Of a stretch of DNA of 64,000 nucleotides, positions 43,439-53,420 are shown piece after piece. The notes beneath the pieces are model-generated. The model worked only from the letters and a program-made list of their open reading frames with translations. It had not been told where the DNA came from and searched no databases. Source of the stretch: Bacteroidales bacterium (GTDB lineage Bacteria > Bacteroidota > Bacteroidia > Bacteroidales > JAQUTK01); contig CAXXFJ010000033.1 in assembly GCA_963677415.2 (NCBI GenBank), forward strand, positions 24,115 through 88,114, in the 5' to 3' direction. Each line of letters opens with the position of its first letter. Position 1 is the stretch's first letter. The position numbers were made by a program, and so were the translations under genes.

Positions 43439-43786
43439 ATGCAAGATAAAATGAAATATACGGAAGAAAACATTGAGAAGCTTCTTCATGCAAGTTATAG
43501 CAAAGAAGAGAGACTTGATGATCAACTCAAAGAGGATACGTTGCATTTACTGGAACAAAAGCTTGCACAAAACTCTAAAGTATCGCAACCTGAAAATAAG
43601 ATTGTCGCAGGGCTTTCACTTGTTTGGATTGTTATTCTTATTTTGATTTTCTCGGAAATAAAGCTTTCAATATATATGTTGGATTTGATAAAACCGGTTT
43701 TAGGCCTAAGCTTGGTTTTTATTCCTGTTTCAAGTGTGATTTTAATAATTTTAAAATGGAGGGTATATGAAAAAAGAATGGTATAA
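43439..43786 (+). CDS. Small membrane protein, putative anti-sigma factor
   Basis: 115 aa that starts 4 nt after the sigma gene stop. It has two hydrophobic helices. Confidence 0.45.
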   Translation: MQDKMKYTEENIEKLLHASYSKEERLDDQLKEDTLHLLEQKLAQNSKVSQPENKIVAGLSLVWIVILILIFSEIKLSIYMLDLIKPVLGLSLVFIPVSSVILIILKWRVYEKRMV

Positions 43787-44492
43787 AATATTGCCGTGGA
43801 TGGCTTTGTTGTCAGGGATTTTAGTAATTCTCTTATTGGGTTTGGCGACTCTCTTAAAGCCATCTAAAAACATTGACAGTACAGTAAATAGAACAATTGC
43901 TCTTGACAAACTAAAACAGATTCGGGTAGATAGTGCGGACAGTCTGAATAGTAACTTTCTTTTTGACCACATTGACCAAACTTTAAGCTCCTCTGTGATT
44001 GAGACTACATGGCTGATTTCCGAAAAAGGTGAAGTAATTTACACGAAAGGGATGATGTCACCAAGTACGCCTCTGCACTCAAATGTTTTTTGTTTTGCGG
44101 ATGATCAAAGCCGCGGATTAATTGAGGCGGTCGAATGTAATATTGATACATTACAGAAGCATATCATGCTTATAGCAGCTTCTATCAGGCGTGAAGGTGA
44201 ACACAACGATGTATTAGGGCATCTGGTAATGCCTTTAAAAACAAGTTCGAATGTTTTAGTCGGTTATATTGCGGTGGCATATTCATTAGATAATCTTAAA
44301 CCGGCTAGTCCGATTTATTTAGTTGTCATCGTTACTTTGATTATCTCTTTTCTTTTATATTGGCTATTATTACCGGTCTGGGTCTATTTTGATTGTCGTG
44401 ACAGAAATAACAAATATGTTTTATGGTCTATCTTTGTGCTTTTAGGCAATATCCCGGCTCTGATTGCTTATTTAATCTCGAATAGAAAGTAA
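43767..44492 (+). CDS. Membrane protein with C-terminal PLDc_N-like small transmembrane domain
   Basis: 241 aa that overlaps the previous ORF by 20 nt. It has an N-terminal TM helix. The C-terminus is 'LLPVWVYFDCRDRNNKYVLWSIFVLLGNIPALIAYLI'. Confidence 0.5.
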   Translation: MKKEWYKILPWMALLSGILVILLLGLATLLKPSKNIDSTVNRTIALDKLKQIRVDSADSLNSNFLFDHIDQTLSSSVIETTWLISEKGEVIYTKGMMSPSTPLHSNVFCFADDQSRGLIEAVECNIDTLQKHIMLIAASIRREGEHNDVLGHLVMPLKTSSNVLVGYIAVAYSLDNLKPASPIYLVVIVTLIISFLLYWLLLPVWVYFDCRDRNNKYVLWSIFVLLGNIPALIAYLISNRK

Positions 44493-44519
44493 GGGTAAAA
44501 CAATAAATAATGACAAGCG

Positions 44520-46982
44520 ATGGGAAAGAAACTACTTTACAGTCTCCTGCTTTTTGCAGTCTCTCTGGTACAGATTAATGCCCGGGAAATAAAACGCGAT
44601 TCTTTGTTTGATTCGGATTGGAAATTTATTCGCGGCAAAGAAAATGGTGCAGAGAAACCTGATTTTGAGGATAAAACATGGCGTAACCTTACTTTACCTC
44701 ACGACTGGAGTATTGAAGACTTAGTGGTATCTGATCTATCGCGGTCAATAAACGAAAAAGAGCGTATTATTAGTGGTCCTTTCGATTCTGAAGCAGTAAG
44801 TGGCAATGCTACCGGATATACAGTGGGCGGTACTGGTTGGTATCGGAAGCATTTCCGCTTGCCGAAGGAGTATGCCGATAAAGTGGTGACGATCCTGTTT
44901 GATGGTGTGTATATGAATTCTGATGTATGGATTAATGGGCATCATCTGGGCAATCATCCGTATGGGTACACAGCTTTTGAATATGATCTTTCCAACTATT
45001 TAAAGTATGGCGACACTGAAAATGTTATTGCCGTTGAGGTTAAGAATGAAGGACGCAACTCGCGATGGTATTCAGGGTCGGGCATTTATCGGCATGTGTA
45101 TTTGCAAACGACAGACAAACTTCATATTGCCACGTGGGGGACATTTGTTACAACTACGAATGCAGATTCGCTACATGCTAGGATTGAAGTAAAAGCAAGT
45201 GTGAATAATTATACTGTGCAAAATGCCGATATAACCTTCGTTTGTAAGATTTTAAATCCAGCTTCAGAGATTATATCTGAGAAGAAGCTATTCACACAAA
45301 TACATAATAAGGTTCCTTCCATACTCAGTATTCCCTTTGATGTGTTAAGACCTGAATTATGGTCGCTCGAATCTCCTGCTATTTACACGACTGTTTGCGA
45401 AATTGTTCAAAACGGTAACGTTATTGATCGAACTGAAACAAAGTTTGGAATTCGTACTTTACGCTTCGATTCTGAGAAAGGTTTCTTTCTGAATGGAAAG
45501 CATCTGAAACTCAAAGGAGGGGCAATGCATGCAGATAATGGTCCTTTGGGTGCTGTGGCCAATGATAGGGCTGAAGAACGCAAAGTAGAGCTGATGAAAG
45601 CGGCTGGTTTTAATGCTATTCGTTGTGCGCATAATCCACCTTCATCGGTGTTTCTTGACGCTTGCGACAGGCTTGGCATGCTGGTACTCTTAGAGAGTTT
45701 TGACGTTTGGACGAAGGGTTGGAATGATGATGATTATCAGTTGTTTTTCAACGATTGGTGGAGAAAAGACATTACAAACATAGTGATGAGGGATAGGAAT
45801 CATCCCAGCATTTTTGCATGGGGTATTGGTAATCAGATCAGAGAAAATCGCGATAGCATTGGAGTGGCAATAGCTTATCAGATTGCAGGTTTAGTTCGTA
45901 GTCTGGATCCTTCGAGGGCAGTAGCAGCAGATGTTGCTTTAACCGGAAAGGATTGGCGGAATGGCTCACCGGACGAATGGCGTAAATGTGATCCTCTCTT
46001 TTCGGCTTTGGATATTTGTGGTTACAGTTACCAATCGTCGCAATATGAAAACGACCATCAGCGTTTACCAAACAGGATTATGTTCTCTATTGAGATAGAT
46101 CCCCGGCACTCGTTCGATAATTGGATGAAAGCATTGGACTATGAGTATGTGCTGGGTAATTTTGAATGGACTGCCATGGATTATATAGGTGAAGCTGCAT
46201 CGGGTTGGTTTAGTTTTGCTGAGAGACCTAACTCTCTTTTCCCCTGGAATAGTTCCTATACAGGAGATATTGATGTGTGCGGTTTTAAAAAGCCGCGGTC
46301 GTACTATCGTGACATTCTTTTTAATAATGAGAATAAACTCTCCGTTTTTGTAAAGAATCCGGTTTCTTCTTTTGAGGATGGCGGTAGTTCTCTGTGGGGG
46401 TGGGAGGATGTGAAAGCAAGTTGGACGTGGCCAGGGTATAATGGGAAAAGCCTCTCTGTCGTTGCTTATTCAGGCTGCGATAGTGTACAACTCATTTTAA
46501 ACGGAAAGATAATTGGCACAAAACAAACTTCGAGAGAAACAGAATTCAAGGCAATGTGGCAAGTTCCTTATGAACGGGGCACATTAAAGGCGGTTGGTTA
46601 TACCAATGGGATGAAAACCGCTGAATGGAATCTTATCACTGCCAATAAACCGGCTAAGATTCGTCTGACTGCCGATCGTTCAATGATACAAGCAGACGGT
46701 CAGGACTTGTGCTTTGTGACCGTTGAAGTAACAGATAAAAATGGTATTCTAAACCCTCAATACAGCGACCGTATAAATTTTAGCATTGAAGGAGAAGGCA
46801 AAATTATAGCCGTTGGCAATTCAGATCCGAGAAGTTTGGAGAGTTTTCAGCAGCCTTATCGAAAAGCATATGAAGGGAAATGTCTGGTTATCATTCAATC
46901 GAAAAACAAGGCGGGCCAATTTATCTTGCATGCTGCCGGTAAAGGTCTTTCTGAAAGTAGGATTGTAATCAACACAAAGTAA
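44520..46982 (+). CDS. GH2 glycoside hydrolase (beta-galactosidase-like)
   Basis: 820 aa with a signal peptide. 'IRCAHNP' and 'WGIGNQ' are present. The C-terminal module is 'QADGQDLCFVTVEVTDKNG'. Confidence 0.85.
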   Translation: MGKKLLYSLLLFAVSLVQINAREIKRDSLFDSDWKFIRGKENGAEKPDFEDKTWRNLTLPHDWSIEDLVVSDLSRSINEKERIISGPFDSEAVSGNATGYTVGGTGWYRKHFRLPKEYADKVVTILFDGVYMNSDVWINGHHLGNHPYGYTAFEYDLSNYLKYGDTENVIAVEVKNEGRNSRWYSGSGIYRHVYLQTTDKLHIATWGTFVTTTNADSLHARIEVKASVNNYTVQNADITFVCKILNPASEIISEKKLFTQIHNKVPSILSIPFDVLRPELWSLESPAIYTTVCEIVQNGNVIDRTETKFGIRTLRFDSEKGFFLNGKHLKLKGGAMHADNGPLGAVANDRAEERKVELMKAAGFNAIRCAHNPPSSVFLDACDRLGMLVLLESFDVWTKGWNDDDYQLFFNDWWRKDITNIVMRDRNHPSIFAWGIGNQIRENRDSIGVAIAYQIAGLVRSLDPSRAVAADVALTGKDWRNGSPDEWRKCDPLFSALDICGYSYQSSQYENDHQRLPNRIMFSIEIDPRHSFDNWMKALDYEYVLGNFEWTAMDYIGEAASGWFSFAERPNSLFPWNSSYTGDIDVCGFKKPRSYYRDILFNNENKLSVFVKNPVSSFEDGGSSLWGWEDVKASWTWPGYNGKSLSVVAYSGCDSVQLILNGKIIGTKQTSRETEFKAMWQVPYERGTLKAVGYTNGMKTAEWNLITANKPAKIRLTADRSMIQADGQDLCFVTVEVTDKNGILNPQYSDRINFSIEGEGKIIAVGNSDPRSLESFQQPYRKAYEGKCLVIIQSKNKAGQFILHAAGKGLSESRIVINTK

Positions 46983-47063
46983 AAAGGACCCTTGTAAGGG
47001 GAGAAGATTTCAAGTTATCGGATCGATCTATAAGAATGTTCAAGAATTTCAATATATATCCAT

Positions 47064-47570
47064 ATGAGAAAAGTAAATCAGGAGATTACAGATGAATCTA
47101 TCCTCGAAGAGATTCTGAGACAGTCCGCCATTTGTAGGATTGGAATGATAGACAACGGATTGCCTTATGTATTGCCATTTAACTATGGATACAAGGATCA
47201 TCATATTTTTATCCATTGTGCTCTTGTCGGAAAGAAAATAGACGTTTTGAGAGCTAACCCAAAGGTCTGTTTTGAGATTGAAGAAAAGGCGGAGCTTCTC
47301 AAAGGGGCGAAGGCTTGTAAGTGGTCTTCTGTCTATCGTTCGATTGTAGGATATGGAACGGTTGAGATAATTACCGATTTTGAACTCAAAAGGCAGGGGC
47401 TCGAGATTATTATGTCTCATAATGGAGCACCTGAGTTAGTTGACTTTGAGCCTGAACTGATTGATGCTGTACTGATATTGAAACTACACATCGATTCTCT
47501 TTCGGGTAAGAAGTCCAGCAATTGGGACAGGCTCCAAACTCCGGAAAAGAATAGCCTTGGGAGTGAATGA
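47064..47570 (+). CDS. Pyridoxamine 5'-phosphate oxidase-like FMN-binding family protein
   Basis: 168 aa. 'CRIGMIDNGLPYVLPFNYGY...IFIHCALVGKKIDVLRANPKVCFEIE' is typical of the Pyridox_ox_2/NimA-like fold. Confidence 0.65.
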   Translation: MRKVNQEITDESILEEILRQSAICRIGMIDNGLPYVLPFNYGYKDHHIFIHCALVGKKIDVLRANPKVCFEIEEKAELLKGAKACKWSSVYRSIVGYGTVEIITDFELKRQGLEIIMSHNGAPELVDFEPELIDAVLILKLHIDSLSGKKSSNWDRLQTPEKNSLGSE

Positions 47571-47811
47571 ATGAACAAATAAGACATGATCCTCTTACCT
47601 TTTCTACACTCAAAAAACCTAATCATAACCGCTATTCTCAAGAAATAGAGAGGTTTGTACGTCTTTGAGTATTCTACCATGACGCAACACATCACTGTTC
47701 ATTATACATTAATGTTCTACAACATATTTCTTATAATTTAACTTTTAAACGTGATCCTATGTGTTGATTGACTCTATATTTGCAGTTCAAATATGGAAAT
47801 AGTTTTCAAAT

Positions 47812-48600
47812 ATGGAAAATATAGAGTTAGAGTCAGAAGAATCGTACAAAGTTCCTAATCTCGAAAAGGGAATTGCCGTCCTGGAACTTTTATCGGAACA
47901 ACCACTTGGAATGACACTGCTGGAGTTGAAAATGCAGCTGGAGATTTCACAGACAACTGCCTACCGGATATTGAATACCTTGGTTCGCTTGGGCTATCTC
48001 AACTACATAGAAACCGGAAAGAAATATAAACTTTCGCGTAAGATGCTGACCATAGGCTATCGTTCTATTCAAGAGCATAATATTATGGAAGTTGTATTGC
48101 CTAAATTAAGAGAACTGCGCGATATAGTGAAGGAAACAGTTTGCTTTGGCATTATGGGTGCTGAAAAAGGTCTTTTTATCGAACAGGCCATTGGTTCGCA
48201 TCCTTTTTGTTTTGTGTTGTCACCCGGCAAAGAGATTGACTTGCATTGCTCTGCTCCCGGCAAAGCTATCATGGCGTATCTCCCGGATAATATACGTAGC
48301 TCTTATCTTGCAAAAATGAAATACGAAGCGCACAATATCCGTACTATAACCAATGAAACAGACTATTTGAAGGAGTTGGAAAAAGTTCGCCGGCTTGGAT
48401 ATGCACTTGATATGGAAGAGGAACTTGGGGGGGTAGTTTGTATTGGTGCTCCTGTGTTTAGCTATGATGCTTATCCTTGTGGTTCTATTTGGTTATCAGG
48501 ACCTAAAGATAGATTACCGAAAGAAAAGATTCAACTGTTTGCAGCCCACTTGTTAGAGAGTACGCGTTCGGTTTCATTGGAGCTTGGATATAAAGATTAA
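47812..48600 (+). CDS. IclR-family transcriptional regulator
   Basis: 262 aa. The N-terminal wHTH is 'LEKGIAVLELLSEQPLGMTLLELKMQLEISQTTAYRILNTLVRLGYL'. A C-terminal effector domain follows. Confidence 0.85.
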   Translation: MENIELESEESYKVPNLEKGIAVLELLSEQPLGMTLLELKMQLEISQTTAYRILNTLVRLGYLNYIETGKKYKLSRKMLTIGYRSIQEHNIMEVVLPKLRELRDIVKETVCFGIMGAEKGLFIEQAIGSHPFCFVLSPGKEIDLHCSAPGKAIMAYLPDNIRSSYLAKMKYEAHNIRTITNETDYLKELEKVRRLGYALDMEEELGGVVCIGAPVFSYDAYPCGSIWLSGPKDRLPKEKIQLFAAHLLESTRSVSLELGYKD

Positions 48601-48632
48601 AAGCATTTTCAAACCAATCCATCAAAATTGAT

Positions 48633-50420
48633 ATGAAAATAATACAAGGTCTCACCTTGACGACATTACTTCTGATTGCTGCGTTAATGATGAACTTTAC
48701 GCAGCTGAAAGAAGAAGTATATACGGAAACTCCGGTTTTTGTTACTGACATTAAAGTAGCAACTAATGAGGGTGTTTTTATGTCGCAAAAAGGTACAAAG
48801 AGCGTTGTGTTATATAAGAATGACTTTTCGGCGAAAGTTCAGGAATGGGTTTTCGATGAGACACCTACTGCCATTGCTGTTACTGACAAACTTCTTTTTG
48901 TGACAACTTTTGAAACAAAAGGGCTTTTGCACATCATTGATTTAACAACGAATAAAATTGCTGCTACCATTCCGGTTTCTTCCGGAGCAACTGCTCCAAT
49001 AGTAAATGCTGATCAAAGCAAGGTATATGTGTGCAATCAGTTTGCTAATACGATTTCGGAAATAGATATTAAAAAGCAAAAAGAGCTCCGTACGGTAAAA
49101 GTGCTCCGCGAACCCCGGGCGGCAATTATCAGCCCTGACGGCAAGCTGCTGTATGTAGCCAATTATCTGCCTGCTCAACGTGCTGATGTGGATACTATAG
49201 CGGCATGTATCTCGGTAATTAATCTATCCAACTTCAAGAGGATTAAAGATATTCAATTGACGAATGGCAGCAATGCAGTACAAAGTATCTGTTTGAGTCC
49301 CGATGCGAACTATTTATTTGCCACCCACAATTTGGGCCGTTTTCAGGTTCCAACTAGTCAGCTTCAGCAAGGATGGATGAACACCAGTGCCATGAGTGTC
49401 ATTAATATTCACACTCAGATATGCGAAGGTGCAGTGTTGCTCGATGAACCGGATCGTGGTGCGGGTGGTCTTTGGTCGGTAGAATGTACTGCGCAGGAGA
49501 TCATTGTTTCGCAATATGGTACACATGAAATAAGTGTGATTGATTATCCGGCATTCATTGAAAAGTACAACAGCCTGACTGATAAATCGACATTAAATTA
49601 TGACTTGCGCTTCTTGAATGGAATCCGCCGTCGTGTTCCGCTTATTGGTAATGGTCCCCGGGCATTTGCCATTTCCGGCGATAAGGTAATCATCCCTACC
49701 TACTTTTCCGATACGGTAAATGTATATGATCTGAAAACCCAATCGATTGAGGCTTTTTCTTTAGTCAAAAACAGAGTTGAGACGGATGCTCAAAAAGGAG
49801 AGCGTTATTTCAATGATGCCAATTTTTGCTATCAAAACTGGCAATCCTGTAACGGCTGTCATCCAGGCGAAGCCAGGACAGACGGCATGAACTGGGATTT
49901 GATGAACGACGGCATTGGCAACGCCAAAAACTGCAAAAGCATGATCCTGGCTCATGAGACGCCACCTAGTATGATCTCAGGAATTCGTGAACACGCGGAA
50001 TTAGCTGTTCGCAAAGGATATAATCTTATTCAGTTTTATGAAATTCCGGAATCTAAGGCAATCTGTGTAGATACCTATCTTAAGTCACTGAAACCGGTGC
50101 CAAGTCCCTATCTGGTGGATGGGAAACTATCAGAGAAAGCAGTCAGTGGTCGTCAGGTCTTTGAAAAGTTTGATTGTACCAGATGTCATTCAGGTTCTTA
50201 TTATACGGATATGAAAATGCATCGGATCGGTGACAGTATAGAATTTGAAAAAGGCTGGGACACTCCAACTCTGATTGAAGTGTGGCGTACTGCTCCCTAT
50301 TTATTCAATGGAAAGGCAAATACGCTCAAAGATGTTTTTGAGAAGTACAAACACGGAATTGATAAGAAGATTACTGAGAAGGAGTTGGACGAACTGGTCG
50401 AATATGTAAACTCTCTCTAA
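48633..50420 (+). CDS. Exported YVTN-type beta-propeller fused to a di-haem cytochrome c peroxidase/MauG-like domain
   Basis: 595 aa with a signal peptide. The propeller repeats are 'SKVYVCNQFANTISEIDI' and 'GKLLYVANYLP'. Two CxxCH sites are present, CNGCH and CTRCH. Confidence 0.65.
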   Translation: MKIIQGLTLTTLLLIAALMMNFTQLKEEVYTETPVFVTDIKVATNEGVFMSQKGTKSVVLYKNDFSAKVQEWVFDETPTAIAVTDKLLFVTTFETKGLLHIIDLTTNKIAATIPVSSGATAPIVNADQSKVYVCNQFANTISEIDIKKQKELRTVKVLREPRAAIISPDGKLLYVANYLPAQRADVDTIAACISVINLSNFKRIKDIQLTNGSNAVQSICLSPDANYLFATHNLGRFQVPTSQLQQGWMNTSAMSVINIHTQICEGAVLLDEPDRGAGGLWSVECTAQEIIVSQYGTHEISVIDYPAFIEKYNSLTDKSTLNYDLRFLNGIRRRVPLIGNGPRAFAISGDKVIIPTYFSDTVNVYDLKTQSIEAFSLVKNRVETDAQKGERYFNDANFCYQNWQSCNGCHPGEARTDGMNWDLMNDGIGNAKNCKSMILAHETPPSMISGIREHAELAVRKGYNLIQFYEIPESKAICVDTYLKSLKPVPSPYLVDGKLSEKAVSGRQVFEKFDCTRCHSGSYYTDMKMHRIGDSIEFEKGWDTPTLIEVWRTAPYLFNGKANTLKDVFEKYKHGIDKKITEKELDELVEYVNSL

Positions 50421-50434
50421 AATATAAAATATAG

Positions 50435-51589
50435 ATGAAGAACCTGAATCTGATGATAGAGTATTTTGCAGCAGAAGCTAAACAAAGCTTCTGTGAAACG
50501 GTGCAAGCAATCATCGATCAGGTGAATGAAGGCCAACGAACACCTATTCGTTTCGTTTTTTTCGGCATTCCGCAAAATAATGAAGAGTATTCGAAAGAGT
50601 TTTCGCTCATAAAGGAACGCATACGAACGAAATTTGGCAAGCATATGCCGGTGGTGAGTTATGTAGCTCAAAAACCACTTTGCAATAATGCATTGGTGCT
50701 CGAAGCACATTGGAGTGTGGTGACGGCGGACAAAGATGTTCATCACAAGCAGGTTGATGGTGTGGATTATTTGACTGTTGAAGATGAGATATCTAAAAAG
50801 CTCTCTCTGGGTGGAATAACTTCTGTAAACAATCAGTATTCAATCTTCGATCAGTCAGTTGAAATATTTGAAAAGATAAAGAAGATCTTTGAATTGGAGA
50901 AAATGCCGGTTGACTCAATCGTTCGTCAGTGGAATTACATTGCTGATATAACGAAAGTAGTGGATGGCAAACAGCATTATCAGGAATTTAATAATGCCCG
51001 TTCGCAATTTTATGGTTTGACCTCGTGGCCAAAAGGATATCCGGCAGCTACAGGTATTGGTACGTATACTGGGGGCGTTGTGGTGGAAGTGTTTGCCGTA
51101 AAACCAAAATCACATCGGGTAGAAATCGTTCCACTGGACAATAAGCTTCAGGTGCCTCCTCATGCTTACTCGCAAGAGGTGCTGGTAGGTGATAAGGATA
51201 GTGCTAAGAAGAGCTGCACAACCCCAAAGTTTGAACGGGGGAAAGTGCTTTATATTAAGCCGGAAGCTCTGGTGTATATTTCGGGAACGGCTGCCATCAG
51301 GGGCGAAGAGAGTCTGGATGGAGTGGGAGCCGGGAGACAAACGATTGCTACTCTTGAGAATATAAACTATTTGAGATCTCCGGAGAACTTGCGTAATGCG
51401 GGTGTAAAGTGTGAAATTGCGCCCGGGATGAAAAGTCTTCGGGTCTATCTCAAGGAAAGTTCCTATTATGAGGAGGTCAAACAAGTGGTTGATAGTATGA
51501 TGCCTGATGTGCCTTCTGTGTATTTGCTGGGTGATATTTGTCGCGATAATTTATTGATAGAAATAGAAGGAATAGCAACTAATTTTTAA
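50435..51589 (+). CDS. RidA/YjgF-fold protein, FkbO/Hyg5 chorismatase-like
   Basis: 384 aa with no signal peptide. The C-terminal 'LVYISGTAAIRGEESL...RQTIATLENI' resembles the FkbO/Hyg5-RidA signature. The assignment is from memory only. Confidence 0.4.
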   Translation: MKNLNLMIEYFAAEAKQSFCETVQAIIDQVNEGQRTPIRFVFFGIPQNNEEYSKEFSLIKERIRTKFGKHMPVVSYVAQKPLCNNALVLEAHWSVVTADKDVHHKQVDGVDYLTVEDEISKKLSLGGITSVNNQYSIFDQSVEIFEKIKKIFELEKMPVDSIVRQWNYIADITKVVDGKQHYQEFNNARSQFYGLTSWPKGYPAATGIGTYTGGVVVEVFAVKPKSHRVEIVPLDNKLQVPPHAYSQEVLVGDKDSAKKSCTTPKFERGKVLYIKPEALVYISGTAAIRGEESLDGVGAGRQTIATLENINYLRSPENLRNAGVKCEIAPGMKSLRVYLKESSYYEEVKQVVDSMMPDVPSVYLLGDICRDNLLIEIEGIATNF

Positions 51590-51599
51590 TTGTATAAAG

Positions 51600-52289
51600 A
51601 TGAAAACGAAATTTATTTTAACGGCTGTCTTGACCCTCTTGTTGTGTGTATATGGGATCAGCCAGACAACGGCGCCCGCCCAAACAGCAACGCCCGCTAA
51701 AACTGCGGTCAAACAGAAAGCATTGTATGAAAAGAAATATACCAATGCTGATTATTACACCAACGGCACATTCAATCAGGAGGTTGCTTTAAAAGCAGTA
51801 TTGGATATGTTTGCTTTTTATGGTGTCGAATACACCGATTTCATGAAGAAGAATATGTTTGTTTCGGACTTTAATCTTGGTGATTTCGAGAATATTGGCA
51901 TGGCAGGTATTTTCTGGGTAAATGATGCCGAGCATAATATGTTTGGACATGAGATTTATTTGCTGCCCAACCAAATGATTGCCGAACATGCGCATGTTGC
52001 CACCACGTATCCCGCCAAACATGAAACCGGATTGGTTCGCTATGGAAGCGGCTATAATTTTAGTATTGGTGAGCCCACCTTGAATGCGCCTAAGTTGCCA
52101 GCAAGCCAAAAAGACTTTATCACTTTAAAGCATTTTGAGCCAAAGAAAGTGGGAGAGATGATTTTACTTTCAAAGATTGAGAGCAAACATTTTCTTTTTG
52201 CCGGGGATAATGGTTTAATCGTGACCGAGTTTGGTACTTATCATGACAACGCCGGACTACGGTTCACCAATCCGAAAGTTAAATTCTAA
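51600..52289 (+). CDS. Exported cupin, D-lyxose/D-mannose isomerase-family-like
   Basis: 229 aa with a signal peptide. 'VSDFNLGDFENIGMAGIFWVND' and 'HEIYLLPNQMIAEHAHV' resemble the lyxose-isomerase cupin core. Confidence 0.5.
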   Translation: MKTKFILTAVLTLLLCVYGISQTTAPAQTATPAKTAVKQKALYEKKYTNADYYTNGTFNQEVALKAVLDMFAFYGVEYTDFMKKNMFVSDFNLGDFENIGMAGIFWVNDAEHNMFGHEIYLLPNQMIAEHAHVATTYPAKHETGLVRYGSGYNFSIGEPTLNAPKLPASQKDFITLKHFEPKKVGEMILLSKIESKHFLFAGDNGLIVTEFGTYHDNAGLRFTNPKVKF

Positions 52290-52329
52290 TTTATTTCATT
52301 GTATATTAATCATTTAATCATAGCTCATT

Positions 52330-53015
52330 ATGAAGATCAAAACTATTTCAACAGCATTATTAGTCGTTATGTTAAGCGTTACATGCGTGAGTTGTACGCC
52401 AACAACTAAAACCGACAATTCATCCGATGCTACATCGGAAGTAAATGGCTATACCAAGAAGTACACCAACGCCGACTTTTACACCAATGGGGTGTTTAAT
52501 AAAGACACAGCACTAAAAGCATACTTAGACATGTTTGAATATTATGGGGTTCCTTATACCGACTTGATGAAAAAGGATATGTGGGTGACTGATTTTAACC
52601 TTGGTGACTTCGAACATGTGGGGATGGGTGGTATCTTTTGGGTGAACGATTCTATTCACAACTATTTTGGTCATGAGATCTATTTATTGCCTAACCAAAT
52701 GATTGTGGAACATGCTCACATGCCAACTCCGGGTCATGCTGCCAAGTTTGAAAGCTGGTTGGTACGTAATGGCAGTTGCTACAACTATAGCATTGGTGAC
52801 TCAACAGCAAATCCACCTCAACTTCGGAAAGTCAAAAAGGTTTTATCACCGTTTCTCACTTTGCTGAAATGAAGGTGGGTGATATTCTTCCATTGGCTCA
52901 GATTGAATCCAAGCACTTCCTGTTTGCCGGTGACAATGGACTTATTGTGACCGAGTTTGGATCTTATCACGATGGTGCCGGTCTTCGTTTTACCAACCCA
53001 AGCGTAAAGTTTTAA
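52330..53015 (+). pseudogene. Paralogous exported (lipoprotein-type) lyxose-isomerase-like cupin, -1 frame change
   Basis: The lipobox is 'LSVTCVSC'. ORF 52330-52872 diverges from paralogue 51600-52289 after 'NPPQL'. The next frame, open from 52800, reads 'ESQKGFITVSHFAEMKVGDILPLAQIESKHFLFAGDNGLIVTEFGSYHDGAGLRFTNPSVKF*' and restores homology. The junction is at 52822-52827 (cttcgg). Confidence 0.65.
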
Positions 53016-53056
53016 TACACCAATCCTATTTTATAAACCTATAATCGAATAGAATC

Positions 53057-53401
53057 ATGAGAAAATTAAATCATTTCGGAATTCCGACTCAGACCGTACA
53101 AGCTGGTGAGAATTATGCTGAAGGACTGAAAGTGCATTTGACTGACTTTAGCAAGAGTGAAAACAAGATTGAGTTTCTTCGTTTTGAAGAAGGTTCGTGC
53201 ATGCCGGATATTATACAGAAGGTGGCACATATAGCGTATGAAGTTCCTGATATGAAAGCTGCACTTGAAGGAAAGAATGTAATCGTCGAACCGATGGAAG
53301 GTGGTCCCGGTTTGCAAATTGCTTTCATTGTGGAAGAAGGAATTCCTATCGAACTGATGTGTTTTGATAGTAGTGTACAAAGACCCCAATCAGCTTATTA
53401 A
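53057..53401 (+). CDS. VOC (glyoxalase/bleomycin-resistance/dioxygenase) family small protein
   Basis: 114 aa. 'LNHFGIPT' at the N-terminus and 'VAHIAYEV...IAFIVEEGIPIELM' fit paired beta-alpha-beta-beta-beta modules. Confidence 0.55.
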   Translation: MRKLNHFGIPTQTVQAGENYAEGLKVHLTDFSKSENKIEFLRFEEGSCMPDIIQKVAHIAYEVPDMKAALEGKNVIVEPMEGGPGLQIAFIVEEGIPIELMCFDSSVQRPQSAY

Positions 53402-53420
53402 TCCATAATAAACAAGACCT

